Below are positions 28,133 to 39,406 of a stretch of DNA of 64,000 nt, in pieces. The position numbers were made by a program, and so were the translations under genes. Source of the stretch: Nitrospira sp. (GTDB lineage: Bacteria; Nitrospirota; Nitrospiria; Nitrospirales; Nitrospiraceae); NCBI GenBank assembly GCA_965223535.1, contig CBDCWN010000002.1, positions 59,721 through 123,720 of the forward strand. The letters run 5' to 3'. Position 1 is the stretch's first letter; each line of letters begins with the position of its first letter. Below the pieces are notes generated by a model. The model was not told the origin of the DNA. It saw nothing but the letters and a program-made list of their open reading frames with translations, and searched no databases.

Positions 28133-30553
28133 ATGCAACGGCTGCCGGTCTATTTTCTGTTCTGCCTCAGCTTGATTCTGCCCTTCGCCCAGGAGAGTGC
28201 GACCGCAAAACCATTGACCACCGTGCAGATTGCGACTGTCCGAGATGGACCATCGGACCTCGTGCCGGAGCTCCGTGATCTCATTCGCAAAGAACTCACG
28301 GAATTGACCAGCCATGAGTTCGACGTGCGGTTTCCCGACGAGTGGCAACTGCAGGGAGGATGGTCGGTCAAGGGAGTGAACCAGGCGATTGATCGCGTGC
28401 TGACTCAGCCTCGTGTCGATCTTGTCATCGCTCTCGGGATTCTCGCCTCCCACGAAGTCAGTCAGCGGCGGCAACTTTCCAAGCCTGTGATCGCCCCCTT
28501 CGTCATTGATCCGCATCTGCAGGGCGTGCCTTTCAAGAAGGGCACAAGCGGGGTCAAGAACTTGAACTATCTGGTCTCCTTGAAGAACTTCGAGCGTAAT
28601 CTCGAGGCCTTTCAAGAGGTGTTTCCCTTCACGCAGCTGAGTGTGCTTGCCGATCGCGTGTTGCTCGAGGCGTTTCCGTTGCTTGAGAGCCGAGCGCGCA
28701 CCCTCGCCAAAGCGCATGGTGTCAGCCTCACAGTCGTCCCGGTGGAGACCTCCGCTGAAGCGATACTTGGCTCGCTTCCTCAGAATACCGACGCTGTCTA
28801 TCTGTCGCCGTTGCCGCGTCTATCCTCTCGTGAGCAGGATCGTCTGATTGCAGGGCTGAACACCCGCCGGCTGCCCAGCTTTTCGGCAGTGGGGCAACGG
28901 GAAGTGCAGCGGGGCGTCACCGTGGCCCTGTCTCCTGAATTGGATCCCCGCAAACTGGCACGAACCATCGCCGTCAATATCCAGCGCATTCTGTTAGGAA
29001 CGGATGCCGGACAAGTTGAGGTGACATTCACACGGGGCGAGCACCTCACCATCAATATGGCCACGGTCCGCGCGATCGACAAATGGCCAAGTTTCCAAGT
29101 GCTGAGTGAAGCCGAATTACTCAATGAGGATAGCTCTCTGTCCTCACAGCGCCTGTCACTGTTCGATGCCGTGCACCATGCCATGGGAGGAAATCTTGAT
29201 CTGGCTGCCGCGGATCGCAAAGTGGAGGCGGGAGTCGGCCAGGTGGGCCAGGCGCGCTCCGCCCTCTTACCTCAGGTGCTCGTCGGCACATCGGGTGTCT
29301 TAAATGGTCGAGGACCGGATGCGTTTGGAACCGGTGGGACTCCAGGCCAAGGAGCGGTGGTGTTCGGAGGATTTCGGCAAACCCTGTATTCGGATAATGC
29401 CTGGACCAACTATACGGTCCAGCAGAAGGCCCAACTCTCTCGTGAAGAAGAGCTCAATCAGCTGCGGTTGGACACCGCTCAGCATGCGGCCATCGCCTAT
29501 CTCACCGTTCTGCGGGCCAAGACCGTCCGACGCATTCAGAAGGAGAACCTCAAGCTCACACGCTCCAACTTGGAGCTGGCCTCGGCTCGTGAGGCGGTGG
29601 GCTACGCGCTCCGGGATGAGGTGTTTCGATGGGAGGCGGAGGTGGCGAATGGGCAAAAAGCCGTGGTGTCGATCGAAGCGCAAGAACGGCAGGCGGAAGT
29701 CCAGGTGAATCGGATCTTGAATCGACCGTTGGAAGAGCCATTCCAAACCGTGGAACAGACGTTGGAAGACCCTGCGTTGCTGGGTGATACGCGCCAGCTC
29801 TTTGCCTACATCGAGAATCCTCGGGGATTCCAATTGTTTCGGGCGTTCGAAGCGGAAGAGGGGATCAAGGCTGCGCCGGAGATCCGGCGGCTTGATGCGT
29901 TGATCGCGGCGAAGGAACGGATGATCACGAATGCGGAACGAGCCTTCTGGATGCCGGAACTGACCTTGCAAGGAGCGGGATTTCAGCAATACGCGCGCGG
30001 CGGCGGCGGAGCCGGCAGCTTGACAATCCCCTTTGGTCCTGTCGGCTTTGCCCAGAGCCAGACCGATTTTTATGTCGCCAGCATTGGACTGACTTTCCCA
30101 TTGTTTCAAGGCGGGCATAAGACGGCCACGGCCCTGAGGGTCCGTAAAGAGCTGCGTGAGGTGCAGCTCGAACGGACCGCGACGATACAACGCGTGGAAG
30201 AACGGGTCCGTGCCGCCCTCTACCAAACCGGTGCATCCTTCCCCAGCATCAGACTCTCGCGGAAAGCGGCTGAGTCGGCCGGTAAGACGTTGGATCTCGT
30301 CCTGGATCAATATTCTCGAGGCACGGTCGACATCATCAAACTCTTGAATTCCCAACATGCCGCGGTGACCGCACACGAGGCGGCGGCCAACGCAGTGTAC
30401 GATTTCCTCATCGATTTGATGCGGGTCCAACGCGCCGTCGGGCACATGAGTTTTTTTGAGAGCCCGGAGGAACGAGCCGCTTGGTTCCAACGCTTGAAAA
30501 CATTCTTTGTAAACGCCGGTGTCTCGCCGATGCGACGCGAAGGTCAACGATAG
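28133..30553 (+). CDS. Fusion of an ABC substrate-binding-like domain and a TolC-family outer-membrane efflux domain (806 aa)
   Basis: N-terminal ~330 aa ends in LPSFS...NIQRILLG...LTINMATVRAI, like the ABC_sub_bind C-terminus. Two OEP repeats follow (LLPQV, FWMPEL). Confidence 0.75.
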   Translation: MQRLPVYFLFCLSLILPFAQESATAKPLTTVQIATVRDGPSDLVPELRDLIRKELTELTSHEFDVRFPDEWQLQGGWSVKGVNQAIDRVLTQPRVDLVIALGILASHEVSQRRQLSKPVIAPFVIDPHLQGVPFKKGTSGVKNLNYLVSLKNFERNLEAFQEVFPFTQLSVLADRVLLEAFPLLESRARTLAKAHGVSLTVVPVETSAEAILGSLPQNTDAVYLSPLPRLSSREQDRLIAGLNTRRLPSFSAVGQREVQRGVTVALSPELDPRKLARTIAVNIQRILLGTDAGQVEVTFTRGEHLTINMATVRAIDKWPSFQVLSEAELLNEDSSLSSQRLSLFDAVHHAMGGNLDLAAADRKVEAGVGQVGQARSALLPQVLVGTSGVLNGRGPDAFGTGGTPGQGAVVFGGFRQTLYSDNAWTNYTVQQKAQLSREEELNQLRLDTAQHAAIAYLTVLRAKTVRRIQKENLKLTRSNLELASAREAVGYALRDEVFRWEAEVANGQKAVVSIEAQERQAEVQVNRILNRPLEEPFQTVEQTLEDPALLGDTRQLFAYIENPRGFQLFRAFEAEEGIKAAPEIRRLDALIAAKERMITNAERAFWMPELTLQGAGFQQYARGGGGAGSLTIPFGPVGFAQSQTDFYVASIGLTFPLFQGGHKTATALRVRKELREVQLERTATIQRVEERVRAALYQTGASFPSIRLSRKAAESAGKTLDLVLDQYSRGTVDIIKLLNSQHAAVTAHEAAANAVYDFLIDLMRVQRAVGHMSFFESPEERAAWFQRLKTFFVNAGVSPMRREGQR

Positions 30554-30574
30554 CCAGATAATCGGAGCGAACCT

Positions 30575-31564
30575 ATGTCGAATCCGAAGATTCCTCGCCC
30601 AGTCATTGCCGGAATCGTGATTCTGCTCATTGGATTGGGGGTGTCTGTATGGTGGTTCTTCATTCGAACTCCGCCGTTGGTGGGATTTGGAAGCGGCAAT
30701 GGGCGGCTTGAGGTCCAGGAAATAGACGTGGCCACCAAGTTCCCTGGCCGGATTGCGGAAGTGCTAGCTGATGAAGGTCAGCCAGTGCAGGCCGGACAGG
30801 TTGTCGCTCGTATGGATATCAGTTCATTGCAGGCCCAATTGCGGGAAGCAGAAGCCCAGGTTCAGCGTACCCGTCAAGGGCAGAGAACCGCCAAGGCGTT
30901 GCACGCGCAGCGACAGGGTGAGTTGCTCTTGGCGTCACGAGATCTGGAGCGGGCGCGTGGTCTCTACGTCAATGCCAATATCTCCGTGAAGGATTACGAT
31001 CGTGCGCAGACCGCGATGAAAACCGCGACGGCTGCCTTAACAGCAGCCGAGGCCCACATGGCCGAAGCGGACGCCGCAGTCCAGGCGGCCCTTGCTCAAA
31101 CGGAACGGATCCAGGCAGACCTCAAGGAGTGCGACTTAACGGCACCGCGGAACGGCCGGGTGCAATTCAGGTTGCATGAGCCCGGTGAGGTGCTCCCACC
31201 AGGCGGGAAAGTCCTGACGCTCATCGATCCGACGGATGTCTACATGACGGTATTTCTCCCGGCTGAGGAGACCGGACGGATCGCGTTAGGAGCAGATGCC
31301 AGGATTACGCTGGATGCGGCCCCGAATCTGGTGATCCCGGCCACGGTCTCCTTCGTCGCCGACAAGGCGCAGTTCACCCCGAAGGAAGTGGAGACGAGGT
31401 CGGAGCGCGAGAAACTGATGTTCCGGATCAAGGTCCAGATTGATCCGGAGGTGGTCAAGGGCCATGAGGCGATGGTCAAACCAGGACTCCCGGGAATGGC
31501 CTACGTGCGACTCGATTCGGCCGCGCAGTGGCCCTCATCCCTTCAAACGAGGCTCAGGCCATGA
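30575..31564 (+). CDS. yhiI: HlyD-family membrane fusion protein (YhiI-like)
   Basis: [20 protein letters not shown] and [22 protein letters not shown]. Upstream of rbbA. Confidence 0.85.
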   Translation: MSNPKIPRPVIAGIVILLIGLGVSVWWFFIRTPPLVGFGSGNGRLEVQEIDVATKFPGRIAEVLADEGQPVQAGQVVARMDISSLQAQLREAEAQVQRTRQGQRTAKALHAQRQGELLLASRDLERARGLYVNANISVKDYDRAQTAMKTATAALTAAEAHMAEADAAVQAALAQTERIQADLKECDLTAPRNGRVQFRLHEPGEVLPPGGKVLTLIDPTDVYMTVFLPAEETGRIALGADARITLDAAPNLVIPATVSFVADKAQFTPKEVETRSEREKLMFRIKVQIDPEVVKGHEAMVKPGLPGMAYVRLDSAAQWPSSLQTRLRP

Positions 31565-34305
31565 ATGCGCTGGCAACCGTCGCTCGTCTTGAGCAGGTCA
31601 CCCATCGCTATGGGGATACGACGGCCCTCGAAGCGGTGACGCTTGACATTCCAGCCGGGGGCATGGTGGGGCTCATCGGTCCGGACGGGGTCGGGAAATC
31701 CAGTTTATTGGGGTTGCTCGCCGGCGCGAAGAAAATCCAAAGTGGCCACGTCGACGTCCTCGGTGGCGATATGGCGATCGTGCGGCATCGTACCGAAGTC
31801 TACCCGCGGATTGCGTATATGCCGCAAGGACTCGGGGGGAATCTCTATCCCACACTGTCCGTGTTCGAGAATGTGGATTTCTTCGGCCGCCTGTTCGGGC
31901 AGGGTCGAGAAGAACGGGAATGGCGGATCACGGAGCTGCTACAGAGCACGGGCCTGGCGCGCTTTCGAGAGCGCCCAGCGGGAAAACTCTCGGGCGGCAT
32001 GAAACAAAAGCTGGGACTCTGCTGCGCACTGATTCATGACCCGGAGTTGCTGATTCTGGATGAACCGACGACCGGAGTGGATCCTCTGTCGCGTCGACAG
32101 TTCTGGGAGTTGATCAACCGGATCCGTGAACGCCGCATGGACATGAGTGTGTTGGTGGCCACGGCCTACATGGAAGAGGCTGAGCGTTTCGACTGGCTGG
32201 TGGCGATGGATGCCGGCAGGGTCCTGGCGACGGAGAGCCCGGGGGATCTGAAGACCCGATTCGCGGTCCAGACTCTGGAGGAAGCGTTCATTGCCCTGCT
32301 CCCCGAAGAAAAGCGTCGAGGTCACAAGACCATCACGATCTCCCCTCGGCAAAATCAGGAGGGCACGCTGGCCATCGAGGCGCAGGGCCTCACGATGCGG
32401 TTCGGGACGTTCACCGCCGTGGATCATGTGAGCTTCCGCATCGAGCGGGGTGAAATCTTCGGCTTTCTCGGTTCCAACGGTTGTGGCAAGACCACCACGA
32501 TGAAGATGCTCACGGGACTGCTCTCCGCGACGGAAGGCGAGGCCAGCCTGTTCGGACATCCGGTGAATGCCCAGGATCTGGAAACACGGAAACGCGTCGG
32601 GTTCATGTCCCAGGCCTTCTCCCTCTATGGTGAACTGACGGTGCGCCAGAACCTCGAGTTGCACGCGAAGCTCTTCCATCTCCAGCCGGAGCGGATTCCG
32701 GGACGTATGGCTGAGCTGACCGAACGGTTTAAGCTGGACGCTTATCTGGATGATCTGGCCGAGGCGCTCCCGCTCGGGATTCGCCAACGTCTCTCCCTGG
32801 CGGTCGCGGTGGTCCACGAGCCGGAGATGTTGATCCTGGATGAGCCAACCTCCGGCGTCGACCCGGTCGCCCGCGACGGGTTCTGGGAACTGCTGATCGA
32901 ACTCTCTCGAAAAGACAGTGTAACGATCTTCATCTCGACCCATTTTATGAACGAGGGCGAACGGTGCGACCGCATCTCCTTGATGCACGCGGGGCGCGTG
33001 CTCGTGAGCGATACGCCGGACGCTTTGATCAAAACTCGCGGCACGGCCTCCCTCGAAGAGGCCTTCATCAGTTGTCTCGAAGAAGCGAGCCGGGGTGGGA
33101 TGCAGAAAGCACCTCCGGAGAAAGCTACCGCGAGCACACTGCGCGCCGCACCACCGGTGCAAGACCATCGTCGGGCCTCGTTCAGCCTCCACCGCATGCT
33201 GGCGTATGCCAGGCGGGAAAGTCTGGAGATTTGGCGCGATCCCATTCGGCTGACCTTTGCGCTGCTCGGATCGGTGGTCCTGATGTTTATCCTTGGGTAC
33301 GGCATTAATCTAGACGTGGAACATCTTCGATTCGCCACGTTGGACCGAGACCGAACCCTGCAGAGCCGGGACTATAGTTGGAACATTGCAGGTTCGCACT
33401 ATTTTATCGAACGGCCGCCGATCACCGACGATGCCGAGCTGGATCGTCGAATGCGGAGCGGCGAACTCAGTATGGCGCTCGAAATTCCTTCCGGATTCGG
33501 CCGGGACCTCAAACAAGGACGGCAGCCGGAGATCGGCGTGTGGATTGACGGTGCCATGCCGTTTCGGGCTGAGACCATCAAGGGCTATGCGCAGGGACTT
33601 CACGTCCAGTATCTCGGCGACCTTGCCCAACGCACCTATGGCCTCACACCCAAAGCAGGCTTTGCTGATCTCGAGTTTCGCTACCGATACAATCAGGATT
33701 TCGAGAGCCTCGAGGCTATGGTCCCGGCCGTGATTCCGCTGCTCTTGGTCTTCATTCCGTCCATTATGATGGCGCTGGGTGTGGTGCGAGAGAAGGAACT
33801 CGGATCCATTACCAATCTCTATGTCACACCGGTCACCCGCCTTGAGTTTCTGCTTGGAAAGCAACTGCCGTACATCGTGGTCAGCATGATCAGTTACTTT
33901 GGGCTGGTCGCACTGGCTGTGGTGGTGTTCAAGGTGTCTCTGAAAGGCAGTTTCGCGACTCTCACGCTGGGCGCCTTGCTCTACGTGACGGCGACGACGG
34001 GCGTAGGGCTCCTGATCTCCGCCTTCACCAACAGCCAGGTTGCCGCATTGGCCGGGACAGCGATCGGGACACTGTTGCCGACCATTCAGTTTTCTGGGTT
34101 GATCGAGCCGGTGGGGTCGATCGAGGGGGCGGGTGCGTTCATCGGACCCATCTGGCCTGCGACCTATTTCCTCGTCATCAGTCGCGGAGTCTTTACCAAG
34201 GCGCTTGGGGTCGGAGACCTCTATGGGGAACTGATGGCGTTGGCAGTGTTCATCCCCGTCTTGACCCTGCTCAGCATGGTTCTGTTGAAGAAACAAGGCA
34301 CCTGA
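31561..34305 (+). CDS. rbbA: RbbA-type ABC protein (two ATPase domains plus ABC-2 membrane domain)
   Basis: [34 protein letters not shown] and a C-terminal permease. ATG at 31561 overlaps the upstream stop. Confidence 0.92.
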   Translation: MNALATVARLEQVTHRYGDTTALEAVTLDIPAGGMVGLIGPDGVGKSSLLGLLAGAKKIQSGHVDVLGGDMAIVRHRTEVYPRIAYMPQGLGGNLYPTLSVFENVDFFGRLFGQGREEREWRITELLQSTGLARFRERPAGKLSGGMKQKLGLCCALIHDPELLILDEPTTGVDPLSRRQFWELINRIRERRMDMSVLVATAYMEEAERFDWLVAMDAGRVLATESPGDLKTRFAVQTLEEAFIALLPEEKRRGHKTITISPRQNQEGTLAIEAQGLTMRFGTFTAVDHVSFRIERGEIFGFLGSNGCGKTTTMKMLTGLLSATEGEASLFGHPVNAQDLETRKRVGFMSQAFSLYGELTVRQNLELHAKLFHLQPERIPGRMAELTERFKLDAYLDDLAEALPLGIRQRLSLAVAVVHEPEMLILDEPTSGVDPVARDGFWELLIELSRKDSVTIFISTHFMNEGERCDRISLMHAGRVLVSDTPDALIKTRGTASLEEAFISCLEEASRGGMQKAPPEKATASTLRAAPPVQDHRRASFSLHRMLAYARRESLEIWRDPIRLTFALLGSVVLMFILGYGINLDVEHLRFATLDRDRTLQSRDYSWNIAGSHYFIERPPITDDAELDRRMRSGELSMALEIPSGFGRDLKQGRQPEIGVWIDGAMPFRAETIKGYAQGLHVQYLGDLAQRTYGLTPKAGFADLEFRYRYNQDFESLEAMVPAVIPLLLVFIPSIMMALGVVREKELGSITNLYVTPVTRLEFLLGKQLPYIVVSMISYFGLVALAVVVFKVSLKGSFATLTLGALLYVTATTGVGLLISAFTNSQVAALAGTAIGTLLPTIQFSGLIEPVGSIEGAGAFIGPIWPATYFLVISRGVFTKALGVGDLYGELMALAVFIPVLTLLSMVLLKKQGT

Positions 34306-34307
34306 GC

Positions 34308-35432
34308 ATGAACCGATTTACCAATATCATCCAGCTAGGCATCAAAGAGCTACGGAGTCTCTGGCATGACAAGGTGCTCTTCTTCCTCATCATCTGGATG
34401 TTTTCTGGTCAGGTCTATACGGCCGCGAAAGCGGCGTCCCGAGAGCTACATCACGCCCCCATTGCTGTCGTGGATGAGGACCGATCGGCGTTGTCCGAGC
34501 GCATCATCGGTGCCTTTTACCCTCCGCATTTCAACCCACCGCGGCTGATCTCGCTGGCAGAAGTTGACCCAGGTCTCGATACCGGTCGGTACACCTTTAT
34601 TCTCGATATTCCTCCGGACTTTCAAAAGGATGTGCTTGCCGGGAAACAGCCGGCGCTCCAGGTCAATATCGATGCTACACGGATGACGCAAGCGTTCATC
34701 GGCATGAACTATATCCGGAGTATCGTGACGGGTGAAGTCCACGAATTTGTGCAGCGACATCGTGGTGGACTGGCATTGCCGGTCACGCTTACCACTCATG
34801 TGAAGTTCAACCCCAATCTCAACGGCATCTGGTTCGGCGGCGTGATGGAGATCATCAGTGAGGTGACGCTGCTGTCAATTATCCTGACCGGCGCCGCGCT
34901 CATTCGTGAGCGCGAGCACGGGACGCTTGAACATCTGCTCGTCATGCCACTCAGACCCTTCGAAATTATGATGGCCAAAGTGTGGGCCAACAGTCTCGTG
35001 GTGCTGGTCTGCGCCGCATTGTCGTTGCGGTTCATGGTACAGGGAGCGTTGGAAATGCCCATCGCCGGCTCCACGGTCTTGTTCCTGTTTGGAGTCCTGC
35101 TGCACCTGTTCTCAACCGCGTCGATTGGTATTCTGATGGCCACGCTGGCTCGCTCCATGCCGCAATTCGGGCTGCTGATGATTCTCGTCATCCTGCCGCT
35201 CCAATTGCTGTCAGGAGGTGTCACGCCACGAGAAAGCATGCCGGAGGTTGTCCAGACCATCATGCTGGCTGCGCCAACGACCCATTTCACCGCCGCAGCC
35301 CAGGCCATCCTGTACCGCGGCGCCGGATTGGAGGTGGTGTGGCCCCAGTTTGCGGCCATTATCGGCATCGGTGTCGTCTTTTTCGTGGCGGCCCTGCGGC
35401 GCTTCCGTGCGAGCCTCGCCGCCCAAAGCTGA
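34308..35432 (+). CDS. yhhJ: ABC-2 permease YhhJ-like
   Basis: LGIKELRSL, VNIDAT, REREHGTLEHLLVMP and LSGGVTPRESMP. Confidence 0.88.
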   Translation: MNRFTNIIQLGIKELRSLWHDKVLFFLIIWMFSGQVYTAAKAASRELHHAPIAVVDEDRSALSERIIGAFYPPHFNPPRLISLAEVDPGLDTGRYTFILDIPPDFQKDVLAGKQPALQVNIDATRMTQAFIGMNYIRSIVTGEVHEFVQRHRGGLALPVTLTTHVKFNPNLNGIWFGGVMEIISEVTLLSIILTGAALIREREHGTLEHLLVMPLRPFEIMMAKVWANSLVVLVCAALSLRFMVQGALEMPIAGSTVLFLFGVLLHLFSTASIGILMATLARSMPQFGLLMILVILPLQLLSGGVTPRESMPEVVQTIMLAAPTTHFTAAAQAILYRGAGLEVVWPQFAAIIGIGVVFFVAALRRFRASLAAQS

Positions 35433-35528
35433 AAAGTGACACGAGTACCTTTCGTCTGGAGGTCAGAGGCGAATGCATTCTGAGGCTGACCTGCTTCGAT
35501 CTGTGTCGCGTTTCGGAAGGCACTTTCA

Positions 35529-36473
35529 ATGACGTGGGTTCTGTCGATGAGATACGGAGGCGTCGTAGGCTGGCTGCTGACCCTGACCGCGCTGACGGTG
35601 AGCCAGGTCAGTGCAGAAGAAGCGTCGGAGAAGACGGTCAGTGCGGTCATTGATTGCCGATACGAGCAGAGCGATGGCGGCACTCGTCAGTCAGCATTCC
35701 CGAAGGACGACGTGTTCCGGCCCTTACTCGCCGATCCGAAGCAACCGCAATTCTTTGCCAGCTGGCAGGCAACCCGTGTGAGGACCAATCAAACGTCAGC
35801 CAATATCGGATCGGTGGGGTTCGGTGAGAACTTCGGCTTCTACACGAGGCGAGAGGGGTGTAACGGCTGGCAGGTCGGGATCCTGGCGGGTGTCTTTGCG
35901 CAGTTTAATCTCGATGCGCCGTCAAAGGATCTGATCAACGCCGATTATGTGGTGGGCATACCGGTATCCTGGCGATCCGGAGGATGGTCGACGAGAGTCA
36001 GGCTTTATCACCAGAGCAGCCATCTCGGCGACGAGTTTCTGCTGGGCCGGCCAGGATTTGACCGGGTGAACCTCAGTTTTGAGGAGATCGAAGCCATCGT
36101 GTCGTACGACAATCGATGGGCGAGGCTGTATGCGGGTGGAGGGCATTTGATTCATCGAGAACCAGACTCGCTCGACCGGAATCGAGTGCAGTGGGGATTT
36201 GAACTCCGAGGCCCGGCGATGCCATCGCCGATCCTGGGAAGCATGGTTGAAGGTCTGTTCATCACGCCCATCCTCGGCGCAGACTTCAAGTCTTTCGAGG
36301 AATTGCACTGGATTATCAACACGAATGTCATCGGCGGACTCGAATGGTCGATGGAAGGATCGACCCGCCGGTTTCGGGTCTTGGTGAACTACTATCACGG
36401 CTTCAATCCGTACGGGCAGTTCTTTGCGCAGAAAATTGAGACCATCGGGTTCGGGCTGTATCTCGCACTCTAA
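35529..36473 (+). CDS. DUF1207-like exported/outer-membrane protein
   Basis: Signal peptide, FRPLLADPKQP, LINADYVVG, RLYHQSSHLGDE and a terminal aromatic pattern GFGLYLAL. Confidence 0.7.
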   Translation: MTWVLSMRYGGVVGWLLTLTALTVSQVSAEEASEKTVSAVIDCRYEQSDGGTRQSAFPKDDVFRPLLADPKQPQFFASWQATRVRTNQTSANIGSVGFGENFGFYTRREGCNGWQVGILAGVFAQFNLDAPSKDLINADYVVGIPVSWRSGGWSTRVRLYHQSSHLGDEFLLGRPGFDRVNLSFEEIEAIVSYDNRWARLYAGGGHLIHREPDSLDRNRVQWGFELRGPAMPSPILGSMVEGLFITPILGADFKSFEELHWIINTNVIGGLEWSMEGSTRRFRVLVNYYHGFNPYGQFFAQKIETIGFGLYLAL

Positions 36474-36501
36474 CTGGGGGTGCGATGCCGAAGACGACGG
36501 C

Positions 36502-38583
36502 ATGGACACAAAGATTGTCGGAACAGACGTGGACCGATGGGCGGCACAAGAAGGGACGCCATCACCGTTGGGGGTGACGTGGGTGGAAGCAGAGCAGGCG
36601 TTCAACTTTGCGCTCTACTCCAAACATGCCACAGGGGTGACCTTGGTACTCTATGCCGCGAATGATATCGTAACGCCGGTCATCCAGTACCACTTCAACT
36701 ATCTCATCAATAAGTCCGGCAGAATCTGGCACTGTCGGATCCCAGCCTCCCAGTTACGTAACGTGGCGTACTATGCGTATCAGGTGGAAGGGCCGTTTAA
36801 CCCCTCAGAGGGCCATCGTTTCGATCCGGGCAAGGTGCTTCTTGATCCTTATGCCAAAGGGGTCTTCTTTCCCATGGGGTTTGATCGGGAGGCGGCTCGA
36901 GAGTCGGGCGCAAATGCGGGTCGTGCCCCACTTGGAGTCATTCCTCACGATCACAAGCGATTCGAATGGGGGCAAGACAGGCCGCCGCGTCATACGCACG
37001 ACCTGGTGATCTACGAGATGCATGTCAAGGGATTCACCAGGAGGCCCAACTCAGGCATCTCTGATGAAAGACGCGGGACCTATGCTGGGGTAATCGAGAA
37101 GGTTCCCTATCTCACCGAGCTTGGCGTGACAGCCGTCGAACTACTTCCCGTCCACCAGCGTGATCCCCAAGAAGGGAACTATTGGGGGTACATGCCGCTC
37201 AATTTCTTCTCGCCCCATCACGAATATGCTAGCGATCCAGCTGTGAGAGAGCAGGTCCAGGAATTTCGTGTCATGGTGAAGGCGCTCCATGAGGCCGGCA
37301 TCGAGGTCCTGCTTGACGTGGCATATAACCACACGACAGAAGGCAATCAAAACGGCCCCACTTACTCGTACCGAGGGCTCGACAATACGACCTACTATCT
37401 CTTGGAACAGGACCGCCGCTGGTACCGCAACGACACCGGAACCGGCAATGTGATTCACGCCGCGAATCGCTATGTGCGGCGCATGGTCGTGGAGAGCCTG
37501 TTGTATTGGACGGAAGCGATGCAGGTGGACGGATTTCGGTTCGATCTGGCGTCGCTCTTTACCAGAAATGCGGATGGCTCGATCAACTTGGATGATCCTC
37601 CGATCATCGCCGAGATCAGCGGCCTGGCGGAGCTGAAGAGGATTCGGCTCATCGCGGAGGCTTGGGACCTGTCCTCCTATCAACTTGGGCGAAGTTTTCC
37701 AGGACTGAACTGGCTACAGTGGAACGGCAAGTTTCGTGACAATGTCCGCGCGTTTGTGAAGGGAGATCCTGGAACGGTGCCGGCACTCATAACCAGGTTG
37801 TACGGCAGTGACGACCTCTTTCCTGACCAGCTCCTCCATGCGTACCATGCCTATCAAAGCGTCAACTTCGTCACGTGCCACGACGGATTCTGCCTATACG
37901 ATCTGGTCGCCTATAACGACAAACATAATTGGGCCAACGGTCATCAGAATCAAGACGGGCGCGATGACAACTATAGCTGGAACTGTGGGTGGGAGGGCGA
38001 CCAGGAGGTGCCGGCTGACGTCATGGCCTTGCGCAAGCAGCAGATCAAGAATTTCTGCTGCCTTCTCTTCCTGTCCAACGGCACGCCGATGTTCTGCGCC
38101 GGTGATGAGTTCATGAACACACAGGGAGGGAACAACAATCCCTACAACCAAGATAATGAGACGACGTGGTTGGACTGGAGTCTGCTGGAACGCAATCAGG
38201 ACATCTTTCGGTTTTTCACACGCATGATCGCGTTTCGCAAAGCGCACCCGTCCCTCGGGCGCAGCCGCTTCTGGCGCGAGGACGTCCATTGGTATGGCGT
38301 GGGGCCGGAAGTCGATCTGTCGCACGACTCACATAGCCTGGCGTTCTTCCTCTCTGGGGCTTCGCAACAGGACGTTGATCTCTACGTGATGATCAACGCC
38401 TATTGGGAGGATCTCTCCTTCACCGTCCAGGAAGGTGCAGCACAGGACTGGTGGCGAGTCATCGATACGAGTCTGCTAAGCCCAGAGGATTTTCGCGAAC
38501 CGGGACAAGAACAAACTGTTCCATCTCTTGACTACAGAGTGAAGGCACGGTCAATCGTGGTTTTGTTGCGGAAAACAATCTGA
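36502..38583 (+). CDS. glgX: Glycogen debranching enzyme/isoamylase (GH13, GlgX)
   Basis: FALYSKHA, IYEMHVKGFT, NYWGY and catalytic DGFRFDL / IAEAWD / TCHDGF. Probable start is the ATG at 36502. Confidence 0.92.
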   Translation: MDTKIVGTDVDRWAAQEGTPSPLGVTWVEAEQAFNFALYSKHATGVTLVLYAANDIVTPVIQYHFNYLINKSGRIWHCRIPASQLRNVAYYAYQVEGPFNPSEGHRFDPGKVLLDPYAKGVFFPMGFDREAARESGANAGRAPLGVIPHDHKRFEWGQDRPPRHTHDLVIYEMHVKGFTRRPNSGISDERRGTYAGVIEKVPYLTELGVTAVELLPVHQRDPQEGNYWGYMPLNFFSPHHEYASDPAVREQVQEFRVMVKALHEAGIEVLLDVAYNHTTEGNQNGPTYSYRGLDNTTYYLLEQDRRWYRNDTGTGNVIHAANRYVRRMVVESLLYWTEAMQVDGFRFDLASLFTRNADGSINLDDPPIIAEISGLAELKRIRLIAEAWDLSSYQLGRSFPGLNWLQWNGKFRDNVRAFVKGDPGTVPALITRLYGSDDLFPDQLLHAYHAYQSVNFVTCHDGFCLYDLVAYNDKHNWANGHQNQDGRDDNYSWNCGWEGDQEVPADVMALRKQQIKNFCCLLFLSNGTPMFCAGDEFMNTQGGNNNPYNQDNETTWLDWSLLERNQDIFRFFTRMIAFRKAHPSLGRSRFWREDVHWYGVGPEVDLSHDSHSLAFFLSGASQQDVDLYVMINAYWEDLSFTVQEGAAQDWWRVIDTSLLSPEDFREPGQEQTVPSLDYRVKARSIVVLLRKTI

Positions 38584-38718
38584 AGGCCTAGCAGGGGTCC
38601 CCTTATTCTTGATGTAATAACGGACGGTACGATTCGCCGGTATGTTCAGTGCCATCAGACGATCACTTTTGGTGTCATAGATATTGTGCTGTTCATGGAA
38701 AACCGTGGCGTTATAGTC

Positions 38719-38990
38719 GGGGAGACCCCAAGAAACGGATTTTTACGTACGCTAAGAACCGGTGAGCCTGGGACCGGGAGGCCGAAGAGGGCGGAAGTTG
38801 CCTTTCGAGACTCGCTTGTCGATACGCCACAAGTAATCGCCGGTGAGGCCGATGTGCTCCCACCGGAGCGGTGACACGGCGTGTTCCAGATAGACCGTGT
38901 TCCACAGCATGATCGCGGCACCAGGAGATTTAAGCCGCTGGCGCGATGATCTTGGTTCTCCTCGGCAAGATCACGGATGCGCAGCGCGAA
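38719..38990 (-). mobile_element. Right-end remnant of a Tn21/Tn501-type transposon (IR plus decayed tnpA 3' end)
   Basis: 38-bp IR GGGGAGACCCCAAGAAACGGATTTTTACGTACGCTAAG at 38719-38756. Minus strand reads [10 protein letters not shown] / [31 protein letters not shown] with a frameshift and an internal deletion. Confidence 0.82.
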
Positions 38991-39406
38991 GTGAAATCCG
39001 AGTAAGGGCCAATGGGACGGCAGCTACCATTGCGCCACACGCATCATCAGGCCGTGCCGACGTGTCGGATCCTGCTCAATCATGAACGACTGGCGGGACA
39101 CATTGCGCTGGGCGAGCCACAAGAATCGACGAAGGCCATCCCTCAGCGGTGGACATGCAACGCCTGTCTTGTGGCGCTTTCACGCATCGTCCGTCCCGGT
39201 GCCCCATAAAGAAGGGCGCACAATGCGTCAGCAAGTCATCTCAGCGATCACCTCAGTACGGGTTGAAGTGGACTGTGCGGCCGGTAACGTTCTCGTCGAG
39301 AACTGGGCATCCCCCTAGTGGACAAGGTCTCCGTTCCATTCTAGCCTGGTGTCTCCGCTGACAACACGCCAACGCACGAATGAGAAGAAACAAGGAGGGA
39401 TGACTC

